Source of the DNA: Basidiobolus meristosporus CBS 931.73
Taxonomy: Eukaryota > Fungi > Basidiobolomycota
NCBI GenBank assembly: GCA_002104905.1
Contig: MCFE01000078.1
Location: 117,023 to 181,022, forward strand
DNA: 64,000 nucleotides
Direction of reading: 5' to 3'
The notes under the pieces were generated by a model. That model had not been told where the DNA came from. It ran no database searches and saw nothing but the letters and a program-made list of their open reading frames with translations. Every line of letters begins with the position of its first letter. The stretch's first letter is position 1. This document shows positions 13,277 through 27,550 of this stretch, piece by piece. The position numbers and the translations under genes were made by a program.

Positions 13277-14515
13277 ATGGAGTACATTCACAATTCCAAA
13301 GCAGAAAATACTGGCGGGAAGTTTGAATTGTCAAACCAGAATGGTATCCAGTTATTTGAAAAGGGCTCGACGGTTGCCGATTTGTTCTTTGGCTCGGTTC
13401 GCTGCTTAGGGTGGCTTATTTTGCCCTTTTTCATTCCCCTAATAAGCCCATTTCTGTACTCTAGGTTGCCGGAATGTTGGGCAAACTTGTTGAGTATCCA
13501 CTCGACACAGTTAAGGTTCGACTTCAATCACAGTCAGTAAGTGACAAAATGTTCGAAGGGCCTTTGGACTGCCTGAGAAAGACTATCCAACGCGAAGGCT
13601 TCTACGGGCTGTACCGGGTAGGTTCGGCATTCCATCTAGTACTCACCAAGGTAAAATATAACAATGTCACGGTTTCTTTGTTAGGGGCTTTCCTCGCCAC
13701 TAGTCGGCGCGATGCTAGAGAACTCTGCGTTATTTGTGGGCTACGCTCAAGGACAGAAGCTAATTCGGAGATTTCTCCGCCGAGAACACGAGTCGGAAAA
13801 CAAAGAGCTACTCCCGGAATTGACTCTACCCGAACTGTGTTTGGCAGGAGGATTCTCCGGAATCGCTGCCGCCTTCGTTTTGACTCCGATAGAGCTCATC
13901 AAATGCAAATTGCAGGTTCAGGAAGCCCGCATCTACGAAAGCACTATTTCCAATGAAAGTCATCCTCGGCGATTTAAAGGACCCCTCTCGATCGTTTCTC
14001 ACACGTTGAAGCACGAGGGATTGGTCGGATTCTATCGTGGAAACCTGCCGACGCTCTTCCGGGAGATTGGCGGTGGTGCTGCATGGTTTGGAGCGTACGA
14101 AGCTACCTGCCGGTGGTTTATCGCGCGGAAGCAGAAGCATGAAAGACCTAGTGAGCCGCTCACTAAAAGCTCCCTTGGCGCTGGTCAGCTGATGCTAGCG
14201 GGGGCACTGGGTGGGATGTCATACAACTTCATCTTGTTCCCGGCCGACGTTATCAAATCCCAGATGCAAACAGAAGTGCATGGGAGCAATCGCAGCATTG
14301 TGCAGATATCTAGAGAACTCTATGTAGCAGAAGGTATTCGAGGGTTCTATCGTGGCTGCGGTATCACCATGGCCAAAAGTGCGCCAACAAGCGCCATCAT
14401 CTTTTTCACACACGTAAGTAGAATGAGCTCCGCCGACGCTTCGAAACCTCAAAGGCTAACTTCTATTCTACCGTTATAGGAAACTCTCACCCGGTATTTC
14501 ACTTCAGCCTATTAG
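13277..14515 (+). CDS. Mitochondrial carrier, ornithine/amino-acid transporter type (ORT1-like), multi-exon
   Basis: Three carrier signatures (YPLDTVKVRLQ, TPIELIKCKLQ, FPADVIKSQMQ), REIGGGAAWFGAYE, and GT-AG introns. Confidence 0.88.
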
Positions 14516-14745
14516 ATGCTGATATCCTGTACTGCATAGAATTGATTGTGCACCAAGTGGTTGAATTGTGGTCCCAAAGCGTTGCACCAATAAAACCTAA
14601 ACGCTGGGCTCGTTGAATACAAGGTCAGGAATTACTTTAATCTAAGTGGGAGCATTATACAAGCGCTGATTTCTCGGGGCAAATGAAGAATGCACTTTCA
14701 TCCGCCAATATATTGTTTGTTATTCTAATAAATACATGCTCACGT

Positions 14746-16654
14746 TCATGGTAAACAGCAGACTACTGGGGAAATTATGGACACATTGGCGCTCCTCAGG
14801 AGCTCCTTAAACACCGCAGCAGAGCGGCGGATGATTGTGAGGAGAGCTAGGAGCGGAGGAAGTGGATAAGCACAAACGCCAAAAATAGGTTGAGACTGCA
14901 TAACGTTAACAAGGTCGGAGCAGAGGTCGAGGCGGACTAAGCAATGCAAAGAAAGTAAATATGGCGGCAAAGTGTGTTTCCATTCAATGTAGTGTACGCT
15001 TACCGCCAACAGGATGAACACAACATAGATATTCCAAGGAATGGTGAAGAAGTTCATGATGGTGGAGCGGGATTCTTCTGGTATATACGCGCTACGCAAG
15101 GTCCCAATCATTGGATAATACATGCCGCATCCAAACTCGAAGATGTTGAAGCAAAAGAAGATCCAGTTCTGCGTCTAAAGAGCAAGGCAACGTTCAGTTG
15201 GAGAAGTTCGGTAGACACCAGCCAAAACACAAACCGAGATTATTTTGGTGCTGATCAGTGCGGAGCCGGAGATGAAGAAAGTGATTTTTCCAACGGTTTT
15301 GGGGTCCCACCGCGAGTTGGTCAGGAACTGGAAAACCGAAGACCCAATCATCATCGAGACCATGAAGCTGGAGAAGATGATTCCGTAAGGTAGCTCACTG
15401 CTCACTTTACGAGAGATTCGCTTTAGTAACTTCTCGTGGGTGAAATCGAAATCCCCAACAAACTTACCATCTGCTGCCTCAAGTATGGGCCCCCACAAAG
15501 AAATTAGGCTGAACATGGCGCCCTCAAACAGAGCCTGTATGGCCCCAACTAGGGCAACTTTTCGATCTACAGTCGAGATTAGCATGTCTTTGCATTGTGT
15601 ACCAGGCTAAAGAGTTCGTTACCGTGAATGATATGCTTGATCCCGCGATACAGCGAATCTTTGGTAGTTTCAAATTTCTGCGGAATCGCAATTAGAGACC
15701 AAGAACAAACACGTAAAATGGGTCCACAATCACCTCAGTGCCACCGTAGTTCTCGCTCCAATAGATAACTATCAACACGGCTCCGAGCATGAAGCATCCA
15801 ACCGCGGCAAAGAAGGGAGCTGCTTCCCCGAACCTCCCTACAGCGGTATCCGCGAACAAACCACAGCTGATTGCAGTAACTCCGTTCAGAAATGTGGCCC
15901 ACGAGAAGGTGGTTGACAAGGCCAGCGGCGAGAATTCTTTTCATAATGGGAGATGGTAAGCAACCCTAGCCACAAGGCAGACAAAACTAACTATGGCACT
16001 GGCTGACCTTCTTTGAGATGTTGACTAACCATCCAACTTTCGAAGATAGAATACAAAAGTGAGGTACTGATACCGCCCAAAATTTTTCCGACGAATAACA
16101 CAACGAAATTCGGAAAGGTGGCAAAGGTGCTCGAAATCGAGTAAAGCGCCGTGAACCATAAACAAACCCGCTTTCTTCCGCTACAAATATAGAAGCCTAG
16201 TCAATCATGTGCTCGTGCCGATTGGCCACACCAGCAAAAGTATGAACTGTCGCTTACTAATTATCCGCCAGAGAGCCCAGCAGCGCGCCAACCAAAGCGC
16301 TTGTGAGGTATCCGGTGATAAACAAGATTGAAATGTTATACATATCTAGGCCGTGCTTTTTGTACAGTGCGTATATGTAGGGCCCCTGAAGCCAGTCACC
16401 GGCTAGAGTGAGAACTGCCGTTAGAAGGAGGATTCAGGGCTGAAGCAAATTGTAAGTGTACCCATGACTAAACAGTATACTATCAAGTATTTGTTGCGGA
16501 ATGAGCGGTATTTCGCAGGATCATGCTTCGGCCTGGAGCTATTAGGATCTTCTTCGTCAAGAGGCAAAGGCTCTCCGCTCGCAAAACGGGCATTTACAAA
16601 CGCGAGTAAAACCGCCGGCACCGTGAGGCCGATAAAAGTTTCAGTAAATACCAT
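14746..16654 (-). CDS. MFS transporter, MFSD5 / molybdate-anion transporter (DUF791) type, multi-exon
   Basis: YRSFRNKYLIVYCLVMG, FSWATFLNGVTAI, QALFEGAMF, LPYGIIFSSFMVSMMIGS, YYPMIGTLRSAYIPEESRSTIMNFF. 3' end approximate. Confidence 0.85.
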
Positions 16655-16883
16655 GAAATTCAAGGAGAAGAGGCACTGACGGAAAAAGAGAGCAAAATGA
16701 TTAGGAAAACCAAAAAAAAATCAACTGACATCTGCATCTAGTAGCGAAATTCCGAAGTCTAAATTCGTTAAAGTACCCCTCAAAATAGCAATCACCATCA
16801 TCCAAATGACAAAATAAATGGATTTTATTGATCATTAGAAGTAAGACTGCAATCGAGATGGAAGAGTGGGGTTGATGGATGAT

Positions 16884-18996
16884 TTACAAGAAAGGCTCAA
16901 CTGAGAACTCGAGAGCAGAGCAGGGGAAGGGAATCTCGAAGTTACCCAGGACCTCAGGATGTAAAACACCGAATGCACCAATGACTGACGCTTCCCCACC
17001 AGCAGGGCGATAGAAAATATCAGCGCTACGGCCAGGGAAGAAGGTGGGGTTTTCAGACTCGGCGATGTAGTAGCCAGTCGACTTGGATGAGGCGGAAACC
17101 AGATTGACGTTAAGCATTTGCATGATGCGATTAAGAAGACCATGAATCACTTCGAAGTTATCGGTCTTGTTGCAATAGAGAGCGCATGCGTGACGCTCGT
17201 TGCGAGCACGACGTTCCTGAGTGTCGTCCTTGAAAACGACATCGGAGACCTCGAAGATCTTGATAGGAAGGGGCTGCTTCTTGTTGGAGCAAACGGTCTT
17301 CAATATGCCGGTAAGAAGAGCATTACGGACGACTTGGTATTCTACGGTCTTGGGGTTGGCAAGTTTAACCGCGGTATTGCCATCATCCTTCTTGTTAAGG
17401 TAGGCAAAGTTCTCGTCGTGGGAGCACAAGATCAATGGGAGGACTTCAGAGAACCCGGCCAAAGCAAATTCTCTTCTAATCAAGTCACTCAGCTTGTTAA
17501 CTGGCAGGGCACTTCCGATGGTGGTGGTCTTGGGGAAAGTCTTGGGGATGTTGTTGAATCCGTATGCGATAGCAACGTCTTCCATGATATCGCAAGGATG
17601 GAGGATATCACTTCTAGTGGGTGGGATCTCCACACTGATTTCTTTGGTTTCTTTATCAGTAACGCTAGCGTTGAGAGACATCCTGTTCAAGTGCTCAGCA
17701 ACCTCCTCAGGGGAAAGGTTGATGCCAACCATGCTGTTGATATAATCGGCATCGGTCTTGACAGTGCGGGAGCTAAGGTCTGGGTAGGTGTAGGTCTTAC
17801 CGTCGGGGTATACAACCTCAACTGGCTCGATACTCCACTTGTCGCCGCAATATTGCGAGAACATGGTAACCATAGTGTTCAAAACGATCTTTGCCTTTGT
17901 CAAATCAGTAGCAGTACACTCAATGAAGACATTCTTGGTGGTAAGCTTAATCTTAGAATGATCACCGTTGATGATGGGTGGAAGGGAGAGAACAGTACGC
18001 TTGGAGTCGTAAATGACGGGATAGACAGGGGAGTCCTTGATGATGGGCAAGAACTTAGAAAGATGCTTGTCCTTCTCGTAGAAAGCCATAAGCTGCTCTC
18101 CATCCATGCTCTGAGTTTGATTCAAGGGAATGAATTTGATTTCTTTAGGTTGTAAGGCTTCGTAGGTGAATGGGCCTTCAACAGTATCCAGATCATGGGT
18201 ACCAATGGCAACCAAAGTACGCTTTCTAAAGATTTGGGTAAACGAGCAAATCGAATACGTTTAGTCAAGGGTCAGATGTTGATCAACTCGACGGGAACTG
18301 ACCTGCAGATGTTGTTGTGCAGCTTGTCTTGCAAATCAATGAAGTTGTTGTAGTTCTCTTGGGTGAAGGTCATGTTACGCAAGATAGCACCGACAACGTA
18401 AGGTCTGATTTGAGCAGTCTAGAGAAATCCCAAGGTCACCACTACCGTCGACGCAAAGAATTAAGGAGAAATCTAATAACCTCAGGGCGAACAATCAACT
18501 GTTGAAGTTTGCCATCCTTGGGAGGGACTAATTTGTAGGTAGGAGGCTTAATCTTGTTTTGGAAAATCAGCAAGGCGCGAGAGAGACCCTCGGTACACAA
18601 CAAATCATATCTGAGAGATAGTTAGTGTTTCTATAAAAAAGGTGCATCTAGTTCAAATAACCACCTGTTGGCAGGAATGTCAATCTTCAGTAAAGGACGC
18701 TCGGAAAGATCTCCAGTATCTGTGCTGTTTCCCATCTTCGCGGCGATTTCTGCCTCTGAAGTCTATGAAGTAGGCTATAAGAGAGTGATGCGCAACAAAG
18801 TAAACAAGCCAGACGTACATCTTCTTCAAGCTCGATACCGAAGTCGAAGCATAATTCACGGAATTCGTCAGTGGCTTTAAATGAACAGTTGTCAGCGATG
18901 GGTCCCTTACTCTTTCAAAGAGTATCCAGAAAACTCACAATATTGGGTTCCAAGAATTTCGTAGAAAATTTCTTTATCGACGTTAACAGTAGGCAT
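16884..18996 (-). CDS. FRS1: Phenylalanyl-tRNA synthetase beta subunit (multi-exon)
   Basis: Exons give MPTVNVDK..., [91 protein letters not shown] and C-terminal EPFL. Confidence 0.95.
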
Positions 18997-19696
18997 GATT
19001 TAAGTCCTGAGGAGTTGAGAAGACCTGGAGTTCTCTACGTGGCTAAATACCAACAAAAGCTGCAAAATTAGCGCGATAAGATACTCCTCTGGCGATAGAG
19101 ATAATATTGAAAAAAAATCAAAAAAATTGTATGCTCTTCTCGATTCCTATGTTCTGATTGGCCACTGGGTGCTAACTACCACCAGTACACCAAGTTGTCC
19201 AGACGTCCCGACCCTAGCCCTAACCCTAACCGCCATAATCTTTAACTGATGATACTTTGAGAGGTATGGAGGCACCTAATACTTCTTAACCACTGCAGAT
19301 CCTATCTTCTTGGCAACTTGGCTGATATTGATTCTAGAGTAGATGAACCTATCTCACCACGAATTCTACACAATGTTTGCTTTATAAATATGACCCAGTC
19401 ATTGGATGTATACCTGCCACCACCCATATACCACAGTATCCCAATTCGCCTAATGCGTCACTTGGTGATGCATATGTAGGCTTACCTACTTCCATATACC
19501 AATGACTTGGATTCCCACATCATAGCCCATTCTTACTTAATATGTATGTGCTTGTGATCTCTAAAATTTGGAAACTGTGGAATACTGGTCGTTTCACAGC
19601 TGCAAACTTACCTGCTCAATCCAAGCCATCGATGGATTTGTTGTGTATAAAAGATGTTTATGAGATCGTGGAGAACCTATCAAAAGAGAAGTCAGC

Positions 19697-20665
19697 ATGA
19701 CAGCTGCCACCTCTAGCATTCCTTCCCACGTCAGTCGCATATTGCATTTGACCAATGGCTGTAAAATCAGCTACTCTGTAGTTGGTCCGAACGACGGATA
19801 TCCTGTAATATTCTTTCAGGGGCTTTCAGGCCATCGATTAACCACTCTTCTCTTTGACCAACTACTTGAGAAATATCATCTTCGCTTAATTTCCCCCGAT
19901 AGACCGGGTAATGGTCTTTCAGATGAACAAACCAAGGAGGAGAAACATCCACTTTGCTGTCCAAGTAAGTACTCCTAAGAGTATGACTCGAGTTACTTGA
20001 ACTAAATATCGCCTGAAGCCATCATTGCTCAGCTCCTAGAGGACCTTGGTATCGATCACTTTGCCATCTTAGCCCAGTCATTTGGCACTGTGTTTGCTTT
20101 GGCGACAACATTGAAGCTTCCTGAGAAGATCGTTGGTCCAATACAACTAGTTTCTCCTTGGATTCCATTGTCTGAGCCAGCTACCAACCCCAGCTTGCGC
20201 AACTTGCGCCATGTCCCTAATTTCCTACTTAGTGCTTCTCTAAGGACTATGGCGTGTATGCCAAAGTTAGCGCTTTCCTTCGGTTCCGTCAATGCCATGA
20301 CTACTGGCTGGAGTGCAAATGAGAAGAAGATCTACACTCCAGGCTTCTCTTCCACATATCAAGAAATATTGGCGGTGAGCACTAAAGAGAGAAGCAGTTA
20401 TGCAGCTGATGTGATTGCCTGTCTTGAAAAGGAACAACCGTTTGGGTTCTCCTACTACGAAGTAGACTACCCCATCAATATTTACCACGGTGATAAGGAT
20501 GGTATGATCCCGTTGGAAGCAGTGAACAGGATGAAATCAAAAATGTCCAACGCCACTTTGTATGTGCAGCCTGAAGGGACACACAACCTGCTGTTTGATG
20601 TCGAGATCTTGGAAATGATATTTTCGAACCTCCATGACATTTTCAAAACAAAAGCACTTTCTTAG
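19697..20665 (+). CDS. Alpha/beta-hydrolase fold protein (one intron ~19965-20020)
   Basis: RLISPDRPGNGLS, nucleophile elbow AQSFG, acid HGDKDGMIP, His in EGTHNLL. Confidence 0.85.
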
Positions 20666-20707
20666 TCTATTTCTGAATGCATTTGTGATTTCCAGATATT
20701 CTACCCA

Positions 20708-20732
20708 ATATATATATATATATATATATATA
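20708..20732. repeat. (TA)n microsatellite at the end of the core gene block
   Basis: About 12 TA units seen directly. Confidence 0.95.
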
Positions 20733-23700
20733 CCGCAGTTCAAGTATCGTCCCATTCATCTTTGCAGCTGCTCGCCCTTCATGACAATACGCTCAATCCC
20801 AACAAACATCTGACCTCGGACTTGAGTGCTAGCCCTACATTTTCTGCTTGTACGGGATCCTAGATCAGCCGTCTTGAAATATGGCAGTTTCAAGAATGAG
20901 ATCCTATCAGTTGTCATGATGAGAGGGTTTTCATTAGGGTTAGTGATGTTATGGGGCTCAAATATACCTTAGATCCTATAAATATCGCTGCATGTCCATC
21001 CAATGAATCAGGTATTCTTGAGTAATTAGGCTACAGCTATTGGCAAACACAGTGTTGCAGTAGGTAGGTCTGGGCCAGTGGAAGGCTATGAAATCAATAC
21101 GATGTTTACAAACTTCCATCAAGGATTTAGAAGCGATCTATCATTCCTGATGTTGTGTGTTATTTGTCACGACATTGACAACCGTGTTGGAATTGCTATC
21201 TTACACGCATTACATAGAACTAAGCTCGCTAGTGGAGAGCTTGAATTCCTACGGCTTCACCCATGAAGGGTATGTTGCTTTCACTTGCACCAAGATGGTG
21301 TTCAGAGAATTGACAACTATCAATCTAATGGATTGCACAAGACCTGGCATGCTCAACATCATCTTTTGGATATCCGAGAAAGCTTTCCTACTCTACCGGA
21401 GTATAACAATATGAATATTCCAATATGCGAGATAAGAGCAGTGTTCAAATGGAGGTAAAGATAATGCCAGGTCTAAATGTCTAGTGCGTCCATTCCTAAT
21501 TCATACACAATTTGGTGCGGGTGCTTTGTATCATTTCTTTTTCGTATTCAAGAATAATCATAGACCTCCATAGGCGAGTGCTGTTTCTCCTTTAAGAACG
21601 GGTACCACTTTGCCATAGAGTCGATACAGTCAGTTGTTTCTGAAATTGTTCAAGTATATACTGGTGTTTGCTCTTGTCTGTGCAACCATCTTCATCCAGC
21701 GGCCATCTCCTACTCTATTAACGAGGTTCCCGCACAATTCCCCAACTTGACCTACATTTACATTTTATTCAATCAGGGCAAACAAGGAGTAAGAGTCTAG
21801 GATTGCAGTAGCGAAATCTTCTAGAGCAGTTTGGCACTGCCTTAACGGCTTCATAATGGATGAATTCGATGATGAGAAGATGCCCAGTTTATTAGCAACG
21901 GTAATACAGACGTTGTTACATATAGCAAGTCATCCATTGCTTACCCTGAACTCACTGCCGTATTTACTATAATTAGAAACTTGAAGTACCTTGGATGTAT
22001 ATTATTTGCATGACAAAAGTTACACAAAAATACTATACTGACGCTTCCAAGAGAATTTATTGTCAACCAGTTGTGTGATTGTATGTTCCGTCCCCAATTT
22101 TTCTTGGGATGTTTTATGTTATATAGACAGTACTACTTCGAAGTTCACGAGGTACTATTTACGCTTTGATTTCAATCTGAGTCCGTTTATTTTAAGTTTG
22201 CGAACACAAACAATAAGACCATTTCCCAGCCCATTGCCTGTATCTTCACTTCTGGTCCGTTCTGTTGCCTATTTACATAGATGCAGTCCTGTCTTGGATG
22301 GCTGAAATCTCACACACTATTTGTTTTGAGTACTCCAAGAGTCATTGATCGTTTTAGTACGTTGGTGGACCTCTGGTTTCTCTTTCTATGGGCACTATAG
22401 AGTAAGGTATGAATGACAAATGTCCGTCAATCACTACTACAGTATAATGTACATCAAATTAATGTTAAATAGCTATCAGAGTTCTAAGCAAACAAGGGAT
22501 TTGGATAGAGATCTAATGTAAAACATGTGACATACACATACAGCCAAAAAATTGGATGGCTCATAATTTCTCAGAAAACAGGTAGCCAGGCTTCGTACTT
22601 GGTACGTTATTTCTTCAATACTCACTTACATACTAACTCCAAGTTATTGGATAGCCCCCAACGCCAATTGCTACAAGTGGGCACAAACTCCTTTAATATC
22701 ACATTGTTTTTAGTATTTGAACACTCAAAGATGATGTTTTACTACGATCTCCTAACTGTAGGCTCCTAATGACCAGTATTCTCCAAACAAATAGGACATA
22801 CATTAGCAATAATTGCCCTCTACCACAAGAAATACAGTCTTGTGTAGGTTGGAAATCGAGCCATTTTGAACAATGAATAGAGTTGCAGCACGTTGCAAAC
22901 TACAATAATTCGCAAATTACACCTACAAGACAGCGATAACTAAAATACTCAAATCATGGCTATATGCATTGACGGTGAACAGACATTAAGGTCGGTATAC
23001 TTAGTTGCGCATGCATATGCAATCATCGCCATTCATTTAACAATATATTTTTCTGGATTAGATTCCATCTGAGACCAAGAATAGGTAACACCTTGAAAAG
23101 CTCAGACTATCCTTAAATTGGCCTGATGGTTAATGAGTGCGATCATCATTCTAAACTAATATATTACTGCGGCTAGTGAGTTTTTTAGGACTGTTAATGG
23201 TGATCTAGTTCAATTCTTAGTGTTGGTTGATAAACGTTGCTTACGATATTTCAGGTATATGTGCGAAGTGGTCAACTGACTATTTACTTTAGGGAATCGT
23301 CTGGTAATGATCTTGATCCAAACGGGACGAAATCTGCACCTATCAGTGCTAGAATACTGCATGTTTCAAGAAAATGCTTGGTGATTTTGGCCACCCAGCA
23401 ATACGAGTCGACAAAACAGACAGCAGTCACGTCGGGAAAATTGATGAGTCAAGTTTCGAGTTGGCTGTAATGCCGACAAAGATGAGCGCAGAATGAACTA
23501 CCGCCTAAAGCATCCGTTGCAATTCAACTACAGGTATTGACAACATCACCAACAACAGTTGCCTTGAATACGGATTCCATTCTCGTCTTTCAGATTGGCT
23601 CTCTGCGCTACGGCCAGTCTTTTCGCTTCACCATCATACAACTGATAGGTGCCACATCAGCGAACTCGCATGACTCGCAATTGGACATCAAGTTCAAACA

Positions 23701-23808
23701 TGGCGTCCAAGATGCCATGTTACAGTTTGATTTTAGATAAATGCAGCTCGCTATCTGCTTTTATCTCCTGATATTTATATACCATTGACCCATTAAAGAG
23801 CATACTTC

Positions 23809-25502
23809 ATGGGTGATAAGTCGCAAGATACACCCCCATCCCCCACGCGTTCATCTTCCACCAAACCCTTAACTGACACTTCATACTGCGATGGCGATGG
23901 TTTCGAAACAAACATGCCCAGTGGTATGCTCTACGAGGATGAGGAGAGCAGCTGCCAAATTGCTATCGCAGAACAGGAGCATGCCGCTCAACGAAAACGT
24001 GACGAAGAAGCCAATATGGCAATGATGAGAGGCACATCCGGAAAAATCTTAGGATTGTGTACTCCTTCAACAGACTCGGACGATCAATCGACCTACTCCG
24101 GATTTGGCCACACAGTCAGACTTCACGCCAAACTGATGCGTGTCCAAGGCGGAGAAGATCAGAAAGTAACCAACATGGAGCTGTTTTTTGATCTGGTTTA
24201 CGTATATGCGAGTAAGTAGCGCTTTACAGCTCTGCTTTGATTACGTGTGAGAGGATGACAGGCAATGCATTGACCTGGACGTTGCATTTATAAAATAGTC
24301 AGCGCCATTTCCGAGACTATGGTCGAGAATCTAGTCTGGGAAACAGTACTCGAGATGCTGATTGTCACACTAGCGGTATGGTGGGCGTGGATCTACACCA
24401 CATGGACCACGAATTGGTAACCCCATTTAACATGCAGAGTAAAGGCCAATTCTTATTGTTACCATCAGGTTCAACCCCGATTCGTATCTGGTGCGGTTGC
24501 TGCTGTTGGCACTCATGCTCGCGAGTCTAATCCTCTCTGCGGTTATTCCAGACGCATTTGACGGGCAAAGTATGTTGTTTGCCTGCATGTTTGTCTTCAT
24601 CCAAGTAGGGCGGACCATTATTGTTGTCATCTGCCTACACGGCCATCGGCTCCAAATGAATTTCATTCGTATCCTGGTCTGGGAGGTTGTGGCCTCCATC
24701 TGCTGGATCGTTGGTGCAGCAGTTGGTGGCACACCTCGGAATATTATATGGGCTGTAGCCGTTGTTATTGATTATATCTCTCCCCGAGCTGGGTTTTATA
24801 CGCCTGGGCTTGGTCGGTCCGTTACTTTGGACTGGACAATACACGGTGGACACATTGCTGGTAGGGCGATTGCTTTTATGGTGATCAGTCATATAAAACT
24901 TATGCTTTCTGCTTGTAGAGCGCTGTTCGTTATTCATTATTATTGCGCTTGGTGAGTCGATTGTGGTTACAGGTGAAGCATTCCGAGAAGCACTTCACGA
25001 CCCCGCTGGCGTGGGGGCGTTCTTTATCGCGTTTCTTGGATCCGTATCTATGTGGTGGATCTATTTTCATTCCAGCTCTACTGAGGCAACTGAATATGTC
25101 GAAAACTCGGATGACCCGGGGAAGATGGGCCGCATGGGTTACACGTATCTACACTGCTTAATGGTAATCGGTATAATTTGGTGCGCAGTTGCCGATCGGC
25201 TCAGCATTGAAGAACCGCGCTTGATACCTGCGCATGAGAACAAGATGACTGATGTGGCCATTATGATCGGAGGGCCCGCCATCTTTGTACTTGGCCACGC
25301 CCTATTTCGCTTGACCTTTAATCCCAAAATCCCTTATGCTCATGTCTGTTCATTTGTGGTCTTGATTTGCCTCACTCCCATGGCTATCCATGTTCCATTA
25401 TGGGGGACAGCCTTGGCAACCACTGCCGTACTACTCTCTCTTGGTATTTATGAATCTTATTGGAGATGTGTTATTGTGCGTGGGCATGTACCTCAAAGCT
25501 AG
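23809..25502 (+). CDS. ltrA: Low temperature requirement protein A (LtrA) family membrane protein, 4 exons
   Basis: VTNMELFFDLVYVYA, WWAWIYTTWTTNWFNPD, QVGRT, HIAERCSLFIIIALGES, YTYLH. Introns 24212-24298, 24417-24468 and ~24861-24918 restore the frame. Confidence 0.9.
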
Positions 25503-26489
25503 ATATCAAACATTAAATGCAGTATTATGATGATTTTTACACAATGTCATGACTTTGTGTATATCATGCACTTGTTGAATAGTATACCAAGAACATTGTC
25601 ATTCCACAGAGAGCATGTACAGAAGTCAGTATGCTATTGCAGCAGAGCTGGGAAGCTACTAGCCATTGACTACAATATGATACTAATTGAAAACAGATAT
25701 ACTTAAGATAGAGAGAATATGTTTGAGCAAAAGCTTTGCACTGGGAGCAATGCATTTGCTCATCAAGTTGCACATGGTGCATTTTAAGTAAAATGAGCCC
25801 TTTGTGATACTGGAAAATTTTGAAAGAATTGGCAAGATATTACAGAGTATCTGCTACCCAAAGTACTTCTCACAAGCTCCAATCAATATTCATATGCATA
25901 TGCAACAAAACAAATGCAAGGACTGGATGAACTGGACATATATTTATTCAAGTGGCCTTACAAAGTAATTTCTACCACAATTACATTGAAAGCATTTGCT
26001 GCAATATTCTGAGGAGTATTAGAAGTGATGTTGAGAACTAGTGGACTTACATATTATTCACTTGTAGATTTATTGATCAGGAGTATGGTATTTATACTTT
26101 TGATAAAGTAAGACAAACAAGCATGTATAGTATGTTAAGGAAGATCCCAAGAGTATGTGTGCAATGCTTGGGGTCTTTTCAACAACTTTGAGAAAGGTCA
26201 TAATCTGGGTGCCTGATAATTTGGTGAAAATATTATAAGTGGATCCTGACATGAAATTTGGTCAGGACAGAATGCTAATAACAGAATAATATCTACGTGA
26301 CTAAGTTAGCATGGATATTTAGGTGATAGCTTAATAATTACAACTCAGAATACCATTGCTGTATCAGCTTAATTACAGCTTTCCCAAAAGCAACAACCCA
26401 CAACATCTCAGGTACTTGCTTCACAGAAGACAAGCCTACCATCTTTCCAGGGGGAGATTAGGCCAACTACCACTCATGCCAAACTTGGT

Positions 26490-27550
26490 AATCAGTTGCT
26501 AATTACTTCCACCAAGAATTGCAACCTAAAGTTTGAAGCAGCAACACAAGCTCAACACCAGCAAAGTACAAACAGAATACTAGCTGAATGCCAACTAAAA
26601 ATCTAATGATTCCAGCTTTGATATTTTTCATAGGGACTGTTTCTATCACATTGACCAACAGAGTAAATCTCTTGATTAGATTTTTCATTTCTGCTGCTTG
26701 GAGCATCTTTGTAGCAATATATTTTTGTCTAAGATATGTTATCTTGGCAGCCAAACATGACTGGTGGGTATCTTCTAATGCCTTCCAAGCATTCTTTGCC
26801 ATTTTGCTGTTAAGCATTGACTTAAGAAATTGTCTTGAACATCAAGGAAAATACAGTCAAAGGCACTTTACTCTTTCTTGTGATACTTTAAGGCTTCTTC
26901 TGCTACACCTTCATGAGGGCATTTATCTCCTGTGACAATATCCCAAAGTCCTCTTTCCTGTGACAGCATCTTTATCTTTGTCTTCCAGACTTGGCAGTTG
27001 AATCCATCCAACTATTCAGCACAGGGAGAAATTTCAGTAAAAGCAGTGGTGGACATCCAGAGAGCAACAGCTTGGGGATTTCAACCTGCTGTCAGAGTAT
27101 TGAAGATATTGGAAGTGGTTGGCAAAACAAGAAGATTATGTGGATTTCAAATAATGATTTATTTTGTGTCAAAGTGGTATTTCTACTTTGACATGGTTTT
27201 GGCAAAACAAGCACGTATAATATGCGTAGGAAGGTTCAAAAAGCATGGGTGCAAAGACAACTTTGAGAATCTTTATGTCCTAGGTACCTGATGTTTTGGT
27301 GAAAATATTCTAAGCAAATCCCAACCAGTAATCTGGTCATAGTTCTCAAAGACTTGTAGAATATGATCTTGGTCACCAAGTTAGGAGAATACTCAAGTAT
27401 ACTACAGAATTTACAACACTGGGAGCATGTTTTAATAGAGAAGATATTGTATGTATATCCTGATAAGGAATTTGGCCAGAATCTCCAAGGTTTGTAGGTA
27501 ATGATCTAAGTGACCAAGTTATGTGAATATATAGGTGTAACTACAAAATT
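26490..27550 (-). mobile_element. Decayed Ty1/Copia fragment (LTR + gag), same family as the 54998 element
   Basis: KNAWKALEDTHQSCLAAK matches KNAWKALEDTYQSCSAAK at 55.6 kb; reverse complement of 27085-27550 aligns by eye to the LTR at 54998-55347. Multiple stops. Confidence 0.85.

Noticed and set aside
19212-19230. Interstitial telomere-like CCCTAGCCCTAACCCTAACC; also GGGTTAGGG at 60122 inside the LINE ORF
   Set aside because: Only 2-3 units with no associated junction or element; compatible with chance or a promoter motif.
21000-23740. Short ORFs and possible exon relics between the hydrolase and LtrA
   Set aside because: Fragmentary, stop-riddled and with no family I can name.
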